A stretch of 64,000 nt of DNA from assembly GCA_965203325.1 (NCBI GenBank), contig OZ241875.1, positions 3,520,001-3,584,000 on the forward strand, given 5' to 3'. Of the stretch, positions 10,654 to 20,366 are shown piece by piece. A program made the position numbers and the translations under genes. The notes under the pieces are model-generated. The model had not been told where the DNA came from. It saw only the letters and a program-made list of their open reading frames with translations, and did no database searches. Within the stretch, counting starts at the first letter, position 1. Every line of letters starts with the position of its first letter. The DNA is from a bacterium. Lineage in GTDB: Bacteria > UBA8248.

Positions 10654-10854
10654 GTTTTTTGACCTTTTATGTTTCCAGTTGTTTTTTAAGTGGTTGCTCA
10701 CCTGCAAGGCTAGTGGTAAAGTGCATTGAACTCAAGACGTTACACGGATTGATGAACTTTGAATAGGGAATCAGAGAATTTTCCACTCCGGTCTTGTTCC
10801 CTGTACGAGGACGGGGTTGCGCACAAATATGGTGGGTAAGAAGGAGGGAGTCCT

Positions 10855-11148
10855 TTGACGAAAATCGACATCATCAACCTCGTGTCGGACGATACGGGTC
10901 TCAGCAAAGTGAAGTCGGAAGAAGCGGTAGAGACGATCATCCAGACCATCAAGGAATCCCTCCAGAACGGCGAGTCGGTTATTCTAAGGCGCTTCGGTTC
11001 TTTCCAGGTGAGAACAAAGAACCCCCGCGTGGGGCGCAACCCCAAGACGGGTCAGGAAGCGCCCATCAGCGCGCGCCGCGTCGTGCGCTTCAAGGCGGGC
11101 AAGCACTTCAAGGATGCGGTGAACGGCGCCGACGTGAAATTCCATTGA
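10855..11148 (+). CDS. HU/IHF-family DNA-binding protein
   Basis: MTKIDII...FGSFQVR...GRNPKTG...VRFKAGK; TTG start with GGAG upstream. Confidence 0.95.
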   Translation: MTKIDIINLVSDDTGLSKVKSEEAVETIIQTIKESLQNGESVILRRFGSFQVRTKNPRVGRNPKTGQEAPISARRVVRFKAGKHFKDAVNGADVKFH

Positions 11149-11169
11149 GCTGGTGGTTCTCCCGGCCCC

Positions 11170-12201
11170 CTAGCTTATCAGCATGGCGTCCCCGTAGCTG
11201 TAGAACCGGTATCTCTCATCAATCGCCTCCGCGTATGCGCCCAGGATTTTCTCCCTGCCCGCGAACGCCGCCACGAGCATGAGCAGGGTCGAGCGCGGCA
11301 GGTGGAAATTCGTCAGCATCATGTCCACCAGGTGAAACCGAAAGCCCGGCCGGATGAACAGTCGAGTGCTGAACTCCCCCGCCTGTAGCGTCCGGCCTCG
11401 GGCGGCCGCCTCGATATGTGCGGATTCCAGCGCCCGGACCACCGTCGTGCCCACGGCCAGGATGCGGCCGCTGGCCGATTTGGTCTCATGGATCGAGGCG
11501 ACGACATCTTCGGTGAGAATATAGCTTTCCGCCTCCATCTCGTGTTCTTCGATGTTTTCCGCCTGAACGGGCCGGAACGTCCCGGCGCCCACGTGGAGGG
11601 TGAGCCTCGCGATGCGCGCACCTGCGGCCGAGACCTCTTCGAGCAGCGTTTCGCTCAGGTGGAGGCCCGCCGTGGGCGCGGCGACCGCGCCGGGGTTTCG
11701 GGCGAAGACGGTCTGGTAGCGCTCCTTGTCGACCGCCTCGGCGCTTCTTTCCAGATAGGGCGGGATCGGCATTTCTCCGAAAGATTCCAGCCACTCGATA
11801 AGATCATCCGGGGAGGAGAATTCGATCTCTCTCTTCAGACCCTGCGCCCCGAGCGTGGCGCGGTGCGCCTCGTCGAAGACGATGGTTTCGCCCTCGGGCA
11901 GCGGGCGGTTGGCGCGCGCCATGGCGCGGAATTTTCCGGGCGAAAGCTGCTTGAGCAGCAAGACCTCGACCCGGCCGCCGCTCTCCCGCCTGCCGTGAAT
12001 CCGCCACGGGTTCACCTTCGTGTCGTTGATGACGACCAGATCCCCCGGACGCAAATGACGCGGCAGGTCGGTGACCTGAAGATGCGCGAGCCCCTCGCCC
12101 TCCCTGGGCAGGTGGAGCAGCCTCGCGTCTTCTCGTTTCGGCGGCGGGTAGCGGGCGATGAGGTTTTTGGGCAGGTGATAGTCGAAGTCGTCTAGTTTCA
12201 T
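11170..12201 (-). CDS. queA: S-adenosylmethionine:tRNA ribosyltransferase-isomerase
   Basis: FDYHLP, PIPPYL, AVAAPTAGLH, LHVGAGTFRP, TNFHLPRST, YRFYSYGDAM. Confidence 0.97.
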   Translation of the reverse strand: MKLDDFDYHLPKNLIARYPPPKREDARLLHLPREGEGLAHLQVTDLPRHLRPGDLVVINDTKVNPWRIHGRRESGGRVEVLLLKQLSPGKFRAMARANRPLPEGETIVFDEAHRATLGAQGLKREIEFSSPDDLIEWLESFGEMPIPPYLERSAEAVDKERYQTVFARNPGAVAAPTAGLHLSETLLEEVSAAGARIARLTLHVGAGTFRPVQAENIEEHEMEAESYILTEDVVASIHETKSASGRILAVGTTVVRALESAHIEAAARGRTLQAGEFSTRLFIRPGFRFHLVDMMLTNFHLPRSTLLMLVAAFAGREKILGAYAEAIDERYRFYSYGDAMLIS

Positions 12202-12245
12202 GCGTTTCACGCTCTATCCGGTTCCCTTCGGGACGACGCCCGAAG

Positions 12246-13079
12246 TCAGTCTTCGTCCGCTTCACCCGGGCGGGACGAGACGGCGGCCTCATCCGGCCCG
12301 TCTTTTTCTCCCGGATGAAGGAGTTTCCAGATCGCCTGCCGCAGCACGCCGCGCATCACCCGGACCTCCCTCTCGTCCGGCCCCAGCCTGTCGAGCATCT
12401 TTCTGAAAGTCCGGGCCACGCGGTCCGGGTCGTTGTGGGGGACGAAGCCTATCTGCTCCATGGATTCGAGGAGGTGATCCACGAGTCCCTCGATTTCCTC
12501 GCGCGATGCGGGCTCGCCCTCATTCGCGCGCTCGCGCTTCGCATCGCCGACTCCGGGCCGGGCGTTCGGCTGGTTCCGGCAGAACAACTCCCACAAGACG
12601 ATCAGCACGGCCTGGGAGAGGTTGAACGACTCACCGTCGGGCAGCGCGGGGATGAGGAGCCTCTCCTGGCACAGGCTCAACTCCTCGGTGAACAGGCCCT
12701 TGTCCTCCTGCCCGAACACCAGGCCGACCTTCACCCCCGATGCGCGCGCGAGCAGATCGCCCGCATCCTCTCTCGGGCGCATGGTGGGCTGCCGTTTCCT
12801 GCCGAGGCGCCTCGACGTCCCCACCAGCCAGCCGCAATCGTGGGAGGCCTCGCGAAGACTCGCGAAATGCTTCGCGCCGAGCAGTAAGGGCTGCGCGTTC
12901 ATGGCCATCGAGCGCGCCTCCACGCTCTTGACGTCGCACCGGGGCGAGACGAGGCGCAAGTCCGACAGGCCGAAGTGCGACATGACGCGCGCGACCGCGC
13001 CCACGTTCCCGGCGCCCCTCGGGCGCACGAGGATGACGGCGAAATCGGCGTTTTCTTCCAAGGAAACGGGTTCGTCCAT
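12246..13079 (-). CDS. trmJ: TrmJ/LasT-family SPOUT RNA methyltransferase
   Basis: GNVGAVARVMSHFG, VFGQEDKGL, SFNLSQAV, EVRVMRG. Confidence 0.85.
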   Translation of the reverse strand: MDEPVSLEENADFAVILVRPRGAGNVGAVARVMSHFGLSDLRLVSPRCDVKSVEARSMAMNAQPLLLGAKHFASLREASHDCGWLVGTSRRLGRKRQPTMRPREDAGDLLARASGVKVGLVFGQEDKGLFTEELSLCQERLLIPALPDGESFNLSQAVLIVLWELFCRNQPNARPGVGDAKRERANEGEPASREEIEGLVDHLLESMEQIGFVPHNDPDRVARTFRKMLDRLGPDEREVRVMRGVLRQAIWKLLHPGEKDGPDEAAVSSRPGEADED

Positions 13080-13270
13080 GAAGCGAAATCACCATGTTGG
13101 AAAATCTGGAATTTACGGCTCACCTGCGCCGGGTGCAGCTTTCGTCCATGCTCCCGGCGCAGGCCATGCCCTTTCCTCCTCATAGCACGAAGCGGCCCGG
13201 CCTGTCATAAACGAATCGGGTGTGAACGCCGGATTTCGGGAGAATTTGCGATAGTGTCCCAGTTTGAAAA

Positions 13271-13540
13271 TCAGTCTAAATATCCGTCGGTTTCCAGGCT
13301 TTTTAATATCCTTCGAAGCAACAATTTTCCTTCCGGGTCCTTCAGTGCAATAATTCGAAGTATATTCTCAACACGAGATTCAAAAGTGCCACTAGGATTT
13401 TCGGGAAGAGTGGATTTTTTTAGAGCGAAACACAGTGAAAGCTTTTCCTGATCATGCTCTAAATAGCCCCCAACAATAGAGCAAAGGCCCAACATACAAG
13501 AGAATATATCTTTCCGGAAATCAGGAGGCTCTTCACTCAT
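13271..13540 (-). CDS. Hypothetical protein (AT-rich island ORF4)
   Basis: MSEEPPDFRK...; ATG overlaps the end of the upstream ORF (ATGAGTGA); AAGGAG-like sequence upstream. Confidence 0.5.
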   Translation of the reverse strand: MSEEPPDFRKDIFSCMLGLCSIVGGYLEHDQEKLSLCFALKKSTLPENPSGTFESRVENILRIIALKDPEGKLLLRRILKSLETDGYLD

Positions 13541-13865
13541 TTTCTTCTTCCTTTTTGGGTTGAGGGGTCGTCTCGTCACGGACCCTAGCGTTGAATGCAG
13601 ACCATTTTCTATAATCAAGAGCCTGTTCTTTTGATTCAGTTTGGAATTTAATCATTTCCTCCATGTCCTTCGCTTCCATGAGAAGGCCGGAAGCAAAATT
13701 GCGGTACATTTCAGGCGCTAATTCAGGTTCAGTATCTAATAGTTGAGCCATAATTCCCTCGATCTTTTTGGGCTCAAATGATTGAACCATAAGACAACTT
13801 AAAAGCACCCTATGAATTTCAATCCGACCTTTCAATTCTTCTAATATACGAGTTGATGTTTTCAT
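13533..13865 (-). CDS. Hypothetical protein (AT-rich island ORF3)
   Basis: 110-aa open frame in AT-rich DNA with AAGGA upstream. Confidence 0.6.
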   Translation of the reverse strand: MKTSTRILEELKGRIEIHRVLLSCLMVQSFEPKKIEGIMAQLLDTEPELAPEMYRNFASGLLMEAKDMEEMIKFQTESKEQALDYRKWSAFNARVRDETTPQPKKEEENE

Positions 13866-13892
13866 TATTCTTCCTTTTTCAGGTATTTTTAG

Positions 13893-14054
13893 TCACACCC
13901 CGCGGATAATCGGTTTCCCCTCTTTCGATTCCTTGACTAGGGTTTCATAATATTTCCGTATTGCGAGCCTTTTGCGGTATTCTTGAAATCGCGTGTGAAG
14001 CCATGGGGAAATCACAATCAATGCCCCGATGATAGTGGAAATATACCGATCCAT
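13893..14054 (-). CDS. Small putative membrane protein (AT-rich island ORF2)
   Basis: GGAG then ATG; YISTIIGALIVISPWLH hydrophobic stretch followed by a basic tail. Confidence 0.5.
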   Translation of the reverse strand: MDRYISTIIGALIVISPWLHTRFQEYRKRLAIRKYYETLVKESKEGKPIIRGV

Positions 14055-14067
14055 TTTTAGGTTCTCC

Positions 14068-14238
14068 CTATAGGGCGGAAGAAATAGCACACAAAATTTC
14101 CAATAGTTCATTTTCCTTTTCTTTCAATTCCTGTCTTGCAATAAGCGCATCGAAAGCTCCGGTGATCATCGCAATGATTAACTTTTCCTCTCTGCTACTT
14201 TCGGCAATGCTCGTCAATACTCGCTCGCGCAAATCCAT
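14068..14238 (-). CDS. 56-aa hypothetical protein (AT-rich island ORF1; below ORF-track cutoff)
   Basis: GGAGG 7 nt before ATG; MDLRERVLTSIAESSREEKLIIAMITGAFDALIARQELKEKENELLEILCAISSAL. Confidence 0.55.
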   Translation of the reverse strand: MDLRERVLTSIAESSREEKLIIAMITGAFDALIARQELKEKENELLEILCAISSAL

Positions 14239-14386
14239 TTCTCACCCTCCTGTGGGGACGGACAAATCCCCACAAGAAGAGGATTGACAAACTTGGAAAT
14301 TTTCGAAGGGAGTTGCCTAGACTCTCTTTCTAAAGGAGACCGATGTTGTGCCCACCCCCATTCGGGGGACTTCATTCATCTCTGAA

Positions 14387-14395
14387 ATTATATCA
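14387..14395 (-). promoter_or_regulatory. Extended -10 promoter element upstream of the AT-rich operon
   Basis: TGATATAAT (TGn+TATAAT) on the minus strand; no well-spaced -35. Confidence 0.5.
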
Positions 14396-14480
14396 CAATA
14401 CTTCTCATCAATACCCTCCCTTTGGGCAGAACTGACACACTACCGAATCAGCGGTTGCGAATGAATATCCTGCGCTTTTG

Positions 14481-14647
14481 GGAGTTGTTGAAAACCTGGA
14501 GAGGAAAAATTTGTTTGTGTAGGGGTCGCATATATGCGACCCTAATTTTTTCACCCACTAAAAGGGCCGCATGTATGCGGCCCCTACAAAAACCACCCTT
14601 CCTCGGTCGCGTAAAACCCTCGTTCATCAGGGTTTTTCCAAAAACCC
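14481..14647. mobile_element. MITE-like element carrying a GTAG-REP doublet
   Basis: Degenerate ends GGAGTTGTTGAAAAC and TTTTTCCAAAAACCC; GTAG+GGGTCGCATATATGCGACCC and GGGCCGCATGTATGCGGCCC+CTAC inside. Confidence 0.75.
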
Positions 14648-14721
14648 TCTGGCCGAAGGATTCGCGCCTGGTCCCTTCGGGCGGTGTCATCCGCCTCGTT
14701 TTGGCGTAATATGGACGCGCT

Positions 14722-15114
14722 ATGAGTTCCGACATCACGCGAACATTCGAACGCGGGAACCTCCACGAGTTGGCCGAATTTCTCGTGACGCCCGCCCGCT
14801 CGGGCATATTCCTGACGAGAAGCCGCATCCGCGCTCTTGCGGGGGAGATGGGCCTGCGCGCGGGGGTTCAGAACCGCGCCAGGATGCTGGAGAACCTGTT
14901 TCGCGAGGCGGGTTCGGACGGCCGGGTCCAGGAACTGCTCGGGCGCATCGACGGGGTGGCGGAGGAGAACCTCGCCCGGTACCGCGCCTGGTCGAAGGCG
15001 TGCCCGCCGTCCAGGGCCGCGTGGAGCGGCTGGACGAAGAAGACGCGAGAACTCAGACGCCACCTAAAACAGGCCCAGAAGTGGGCACGCAGCATGCAAG
15101 AGGAAGTTTCATAA
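14722..15114 (+). CDS. Hypothetical protein
   Basis: 130-aa ORF with host-like codon usage, convergent with the TorD-like gene. Confidence 0.65.
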   Translation: MSSDITRTFERGNLHELAEFLVTPARSGIFLTRSRIRALAGEMGLRAGVQNRARMLENLFREAGSDGRVQELLGRIDGVAEENLARYRAWSKACPPSRAAWSGWTKKTRELRRHLKQAQKWARSMQEEVS

Positions 15115-15167
15115 GTCCGGCGGCTCAGGCGCGAAACCCGCGTGGCTCGAACCGACGCCCTCCCTCA

Positions 15168-15806
15168 TTAAAGTATCCCGGCGATGTATTTTCTGTCCGA
15201 GAAGGCGAATTCGCGTATCCATCCGGCGAGTGCGCGGTAGAGGTGCGTTTCCGCGTCCTCTTCCATGCTCGACGTGTAGACGGGCATCCAGCGCATGAGG
15301 TGCTCATCCATGAAGCGCGCGCTCAATGAGAGTTTCTCCCGCGCGAGGTCGGCGTCTCCCTCCTCCCAGGCGTCCGCCTCTTCCGTAGCGAGCCGGGCCA
15401 GGAATTCGAGCTCTACGCTCAGGTGGTCCATCGCCAGCACGCTGGGGTGGGCGAGGCCCGCGCTGCCCCGTCCGGGGTTGTAGCCGCACGCCCGGTAGAA
15501 ATCGGCGACCGCATCCGTCCGCTTCGAGTTCAGGTGCCCGCTTTCATCCGTCAGGGCGGCTTCATAGGGCGGGGAGGAGAGCACGAACAGGTTCGTGAAG
15601 TCGACCCGGAGTTTCTGGAGGGCCTCCTCGGTGGCCTCGAATCCCTCGGGGAGGAGGAACGGGTAGTTTTCGCGCAGGAACCCGGCGAGTTCCTTATCGA
15701 GCGGGTCGAGCATAGCCCGTGCCTGCACCCGGTAGAGTTGGGCGCGGAGCCTCGCCTGCTCGGCGTATTCAGCGTGTGAGGCGCGGCGCTTCCAGCGGAG
15801 GCTCAT
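15168..15806 (-). CDS. TorD/DmsD-family molybdoenzyme chaperone
   Basis: PPYE, DHLSVELEFL, FMDEHLMRW; ATG overlaps catalytic-subunit stop (ATGA). Confidence 0.9.
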   Translation of the reverse strand: MSLRWKRRASHAEYAEQARLRAQLYRVQARAMLDPLDKELAGFLRENYPFLLPEGFEATEEALQKLRVDFTNLFVLSSPPYEAALTDESGHLNSKRTDAVADFYRACGYNPGRGSAGLAHPSVLAMDHLSVELEFLARLATEEADAWEEGDADLAREKLSLSARFMDEHLMRWMPVYTSSMEEDAETHLYRALAGWIREFAFSDRKYIAGIL

Positions 15807-18679
15807 TCGGAGATGGTGTAGGCCTCGGCCTGGGGCTTGTTGGGCCGGGCGAACCACAGCGGACGCCTGAGGTTGTCGGGGCCGGGCGCGGGCTTCGTCA
15901 TTTCGAGCCATTGCTTGTAGTGCTCGAAGCTCTTCTTCGTGTCGACGCTGATGTCGCCGTAGCGATCCGCCGCCCCCGCCTTCGTCACCCGCACCTTCTG
16001 GTGCCAGCAGTGCATCCCGCTCACCGGGTCGGGGTTGACCGGGAAGGTGAGGTTCTGGTTCACGCCCACCTCGCGCCACCAGATGCGCTCCGTATCCGGG
16101 TCGTCGCTCTTGAAGGGCTGGACGCCGTGCACCTGGCGCATGGTGTATTCCCCGTCACCCTTCTCGTCGAGGCGAACGACGGCGGAGGCGATCTTGGGCG
16201 CGCCCTGCTCTTCGCTCAGACGCCAGCGGCCCAGGTGATGCGCCATGGCGACGATGCCGGGCCGAAGCCCTTCCGTCACCCAGCATCTGGTGACGAAATG
16301 GCCTATCGCCGTCTCGACTTTCGCGAGGTCGCCCGTCTTCAGCCCCAGGCGCGCGGCGTCGTCCGTGTGGAGCCACAGCGGGTTGTTGTGGGTGATCTCA
16401 TAAAGCCACTTCACGGCCGAGCGCGTGTGGATGAGGGTGGCGAGGCGATAGTTCGGCAGCAGGTCGAACTCGTTGTTCTCTCTTTGCATGTCGCGCCAGT
16501 AGACGTGGGTCTTCATGTACTTGGGTATGGCTTCATCGCCCCAGTTCCAGGCCGCCATGGTCGGGCTGTAGAACTCGAGTTTCTTGGACGGGGTGTGGAA
16601 GCCCTCCCTCGCTCTTCCCCGGCTCATGTTGCCGATGAGCGCGCCGTCTTTCCAGACCGAGCCCGTCGCCTCGTCCACGTGGGCGTCGTGCATGGCTTCA
16701 TCCGACAACTCGTGCATGTGGGGTTCGTACACGTTTTCCTGCACGGCGAAAACGCCGTATTTGCGCATGTATTCGAGCGGCGTCAAGCCTTCTTTCTCGG
16801 CGGCCTCGGGCAGGCCCGGAACGCCGTTCTCGAACATCCACTGGTAGTATTCGTTCACCGTGATCTTCTCGCCCGGCCTGTAGGGACTCTCGAAATACTG
16901 CCGGATGCCGAGCGAACCGTCCGGGTCGATGCGCCAGGAGAGTTCGATGTGGAGTTCGTCCTCCTCCCACACCTCGCCTGGGTTCGTCTCGCGCGAGGTC
17001 TCGAACGTCTCGCCCATCTTCTCGCGCAGCGCGCGGAGCACGGGCTGGCGGAAGCCCACCCATTTCGTGGGGTGCGTCTCCTGGCTCTGGTTGTCGTGGC
17101 GTTCCGTGGCGTTGCCCATCGGCAGAATATAGTCCGCGAACCACGCCGTCTCGCTCCAGGTAGGGGTGAGCGCCACGTGGCAGCCAATCTTGTCGTGGTC
17201 TTTCAGCATCTCCACCCACATGAAGCCGTCGGGGTTCGTCCACACCGGGTTGTAGACCCGCGTGAAGTAGACGTCGACGCTGTGGCCCTTGTCCTTCACG
17301 AGATGGGGCATCAGGAAGCTCATCTCGAAAAACGCGAGGGGGTACTCCCGGGGGAAGAGGAGTTCGTTCCACTCTTTGGGTCCCGGAGCCGGGTTGGGGT
17401 GTTTGGGGACGAACTTGTGCGTGTTCGCCAGGTGGGTCCCGCCCACCGTGCCCACAGCGCCCGTAAGCGAAGGCAGGAAGTGCAGGCAGCGCGACACCTG
17501 CCAGCCGTGCAGGTTGCCGGTGGCGGCGGCCCGCCATACGTGGACGCAGAGCCTGCTCCCGGCGCGGGCGACGACCTGAGCCACCTCGGCGATCAAGTCG
17601 GCGGACACGCCCGTCTCCTCCGCCGCGTACTCGAAGGTGAACTCCGCGTATTCTTGCTTCAGCTTCTCGATGAAGTTATCGAAGCTCGCCTCCTCATCGG
17701 GGTGGATGGTCCGCATGTATTCGGTCCAGTTAAACCATTCCTCGACGAACTGCGCGTCGAACTGCCCGGTGTCGAGCAGATAGCGCGCGATGGCGAGCAG
17801 AATCGCAGACTCGGTGCCGCTGTAGGCGGGCAGCCAGTAGTCGGCCTTCGCCGCCGTGTTGGAGAGCCTGGGGTCGATGACGATGAGCTTCGCCCCGCTC
17901 GTCTGCGCCTCGATGATGCGCTGGGCCGAGGGGTTGTAGTAGTGGCCCGTATCGAGGTGGCTGCTGATGAGCAAAATGGCGTCGGCGTTGGTGAAGTCGG
18001 GCGAGGGCCTGTCCGAGCCGTTCCAGAGGAACTGGCCGATGCGGGCGGAGGAACTGCACACGTTGGTGTGGCTGTTGTGGCCGTCCACGCCCCAGCCGGC
18101 GAGCGTCTTGAACATGTAGCCGTCCTCGCCGGGGCGTCCGACGTGGTAGATGACGCCGTTTCGCCGCTCCGCCAGAATCGCCTCCCGGATGCGCCCGGCG
18201 ATGTCGTCGAGCGCCTCATCCCAGCTCACGCGCTCCCACTTGCCCTCGCCGCGCTCGCCCACGCGCTTCAGGGGATAGAAGATGCGGTCGGGGTCGTAGA
18301 CCTGATTCAGCGTCACCCAGCCCTTCGCGCAGTTGCGCCCGCGCGAGGCGGGGTGGAGCGGGTTCCCCTCGATTTTCCTGATCTTCATGTCGTCCTTGTC
18401 GACGTAGGCCAGAAGGCCGCACCCCGCCTCGCAGTTGAAGCAGAGGGTCGGGACCAGCGCGTAGTTCCTCGCCACCTTCTGCGGCCACTTGGTGCTCTCG
18501 TATTCCGTCCAGTTGTCCCATTGGTCCGGGCTGGGATAGGAGGTGAGGGCGCCGTTCGTGTTCGTGTAGTTGAGTTGCCCCGCAGGCGCCGCGGGCGGGG
18601 CCTTGGCCAGCAGGTCGGGGCGGCCCAGCGAGGCGACGTCGCGCGCTCCCTTGCCGACTTGAAGATGACTTGTGCTCAT
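15803..18679 (-). CDS. Mo/W-bisPGD oxidoreductase catalytic subunit (DMSO reductase family)
   Basis: CFNCEAGC...CAKG Fe-S motif, YPLKRVGERGEGKWERVSWDEAL, HTNVC, VIDPRLSNTAAKAD; no twin-arginine signal. Confidence 0.93.
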   Translation of the reverse strand: MSTSHLQVGKGARDVASLGRPDLLAKAPPAAPAGQLNYTNTNGALTSYPSPDQWDNWTEYESTKWPQKVARNYALVPTLCFNCEAGCGLLAYVDKDDMKIRKIEGNPLHPASRGRNCAKGWVTLNQVYDPDRIFYPLKRVGERGEGKWERVSWDEALDDIAGRIREAILAERRNGVIYHVGRPGEDGYMFKTLAGWGVDGHNSHTNVCSSSARIGQFLWNGSDRPSPDFTNADAILLISSHLDTGHYYNPSAQRIIEAQTSGAKLIVIDPRLSNTAAKADYWLPAYSGTESAILLAIARYLLDTGQFDAQFVEEWFNWTEYMRTIHPDEEASFDNFIEKLKQEYAEFTFEYAAEETGVSADLIAEVAQVVARAGSRLCVHVWRAAATGNLHGWQVSRCLHFLPSLTGAVGTVGGTHLANTHKFVPKHPNPAPGPKEWNELLFPREYPLAFFEMSFLMPHLVKDKGHSVDVYFTRVYNPVWTNPDGFMWVEMLKDHDKIGCHVALTPTWSETAWFADYILPMGNATERHDNQSQETHPTKWVGFRQPVLRALREKMGETFETSRETNPGEVWEEDELHIELSWRIDPDGSLGIRQYFESPYRPGEKITVNEYYQWMFENGVPGLPEAAEKEGLTPLEYMRKYGVFAVQENVYEPHMHELSDEAMHDAHVDEATGSVWKDGALIGNMSRGRAREGFHTPSKKLEFYSPTMAAWNWGDEAIPKYMKTHVYWRDMQRENNEFDLLPNYRLATLIHTRSAVKWLYEITHNNPLWLHTDDAARLGLKTGDLAKVETAIGHFVTRCWVTEGLRPGIVAMAHHLGRWRLSEEQGAPKIASAVVRLDEKGDGEYTMRQVHGVQPFKSDDPDTERIWWREVGVNQNLTFPVNPDPVSGMHCWHQKVRVTKAGAADRYGDISVDTKKSFEHYKQWLEMTKPAPGPDNLRRPLWFARPNKPQAEAYTISE

Positions 18680-18697
18680 TCTCTCGAAACTCCCGTA

Positions 18698-20218
18698 TTA
18701 CGAAAGGGGAACGGCCTGTCCGGCCTTCACCCAGATTTTGTCCCAAAGATACGCGCCCGCCATGGCCATGACCCCGGCCAGCACCGCGCCGAAACCGCCG
18801 AATCCGCCCGCCCAGAGAAGAAGCAGGGGCAGAACGCATCCCACGATGACGGCCCCACCCCAGAAATCGTTCTTGAACGGGCCTTTCGTCAGCAGGTGAA
18901 TCGCCCGCTCATGCGCGACGGAGCCGAAGCGGTGCACGAGAATCGAGAACACCAGGATGCTCAGGTGCAGGAGGACGAGAACGGCGAGCAGCCCGCCCAG
19001 GACGCTCAGGGCGGACGCCTGATTCGCGATCGGGAACAGCGTGGCGAACAGAAGCAGGATGGCCGCGCCCTTGAGACCCGATTGCACGCCGATGTCGAGG
19101 GTGTTCTCGCTTCCTTTCCACAAATCGCGCGCCGATGCCTGGGCGAAGAAAAAGCCCGTGTATATCGAGGAAAGCACGCCCATGAGGATGGTCGGCCACA
19201 GGATGAGGTTCATGAAGCCTTCCGCGCCGAACATGGCGCCCAGCACCCAGAGCAGGGTGAAGACGCCGTCCAGCGCGATGAACCACGTGCCCCACGCCAT
19301 CCAGCTTCCCCAGTTCGAGCGCAGCATGATGTAGTAGAACCGCTCGGGCCGCTTGAGGTCGGTGATGAGCACGAACCCCGTGGCGGCGAGGAGGATTCCG
19401 CTCAGCGCGGGCATCCAGAAGGAGAACAGCGAACTCTTGAAGCCGAACATCCACAGGAACAGGCTGATGACCAGAAGGCCCGTGCTCGCGCCCTTGGTCA
19501 AAAGATAAGTGATGATCTTCGTCTCCCAGGGAACCTCGTGGAAGGTGTCATAGACGGTGCGGCTCTCGCCGGGCTTGTTCTCCCACTCGGGCACGACGTC
19601 TTCTCGCTCCATGTCCATCTCGCCCTGCTTGTAGATGCCCGACTGTCCCGCTTCGGTGGGGTCGAGGAGCTGGCGGCTGCCCTCTAAATAATAGATGTTG
19701 GGCGCCGTGTTGTATTCAGGCTTTCTCACGTGGTAGGGGCGCTGCGTGGTGAGTTTGGATATCTTCGAATCCGCGTCCTCCACGTCGCCGAACACGCGGC
19801 ACTGCGTGGGGCAGACCACCACGCAGGCGGGCTCGAGATTCGCTTCGAGGCGGTTCGCGCAGAAGTTGCATTTCTCCGCCGTCATCGTGTTGGGGTCGAT
19901 GAAGAGCTGGTCGTAGGGACACGCCGCGATGCAGGACTTGCACCCGATGCACCAGTCCGGGTCGAGGTCCACGATGCCGTCCTTGCGCCGGAAGAGCGCC
20001 TTCGTCGGGCAGATGTTCTGGCAAGGCGCGTCGTCGCACTGGTTGCACAGGACGGGCAGAAATTCCCGCCTCGTGCTCGGGAAGGTGCCTTTTTCGACTT
20101 CCTTCACCCAGCATCGCCAGACGCCGATGGGGATGTCGTGTTCTGATTTACAGGCGATCGTGCAGGCATGACACCCGATGCAGGATTCGAGGTCGATCGC
20201 CATTGCGTACTTGGGCAT
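18698..20218 (-). CDS. Fused 4Fe-4S dicluster protein and NrfD/PsrC-type membrane anchor
   Basis: CIGCHACTIAC, CNQCDDAPC, CIGCKSCIAAC, KCNFC...PACVVVCP; C-terminal multi-TM region with DLKRPERF. Confidence 0.92.
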   Translation of the reverse strand: MPKYAMAIDLESCIGCHACTIACKSEHDIPIGVWRCWVKEVEKGTFPSTRREFLPVLCNQCDDAPCQNICPTKALFRRKDGIVDLDPDWCIGCKSCIAACPYDQLFIDPNTMTAEKCNFCANRLEANLEPACVVVCPTQCRVFGDVEDADSKISKLTTQRPYHVRKPEYNTAPNIYYLEGSRQLLDPTEAGQSGIYKQGEMDMEREDVVPEWENKPGESRTVYDTFHEVPWETKIITYLLTKGASTGLLVISLFLWMFGFKSSLFSFWMPALSGILLAATGFVLITDLKRPERFYYIMLRSNWGSWMAWGTWFIALDGVFTLLWVLGAMFGAEGFMNLILWPTILMGVLSSIYTGFFFAQASARDLWKGSENTLDIGVQSGLKGAAILLLFATLFPIANQASALSVLGGLLAVLVLLHLSILVFSILVHRFGSVAHERAIHLLTKGPFKNDFWGGAVIVGCVLPLLLLWAGGFGGFGAVLAGVMAMAGAYLWDKIWVKAGQAVPLS

Positions 20219-20366
20219 GAAGATTCCTCACTTGAGATGATGCGCGTTTCTCATATCTTGGTTTTGGTAGTCCAAAGCTAGAACTTTGCGGCGGGCGTGT
20301 CAATTGAGGCAGAGTGATCGGGATTTTTCGCATTTTCGCGCGCTTGGCCGCCGGGGAGGAAGGCAG

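Noticed and set aside
10716..10736. Possible HspR operator (ACTCAAG half-site)
   Set aside because: The left half GTAAAGT matches CTTGAGT at only 4 of 7 positions and is not upstream of a chaperone gene
14284..14312. TTGACA as an antisense promoter within the island leader
   Set aside because: No -10 element at normal spacing (AGGGAG at 17 nt)
15719..19687. 1322-aa plus-strand ORF
   Set aside because: Antisense to the Mo enzyme and Fe-S/NrfD genes, with no recognisable motifs
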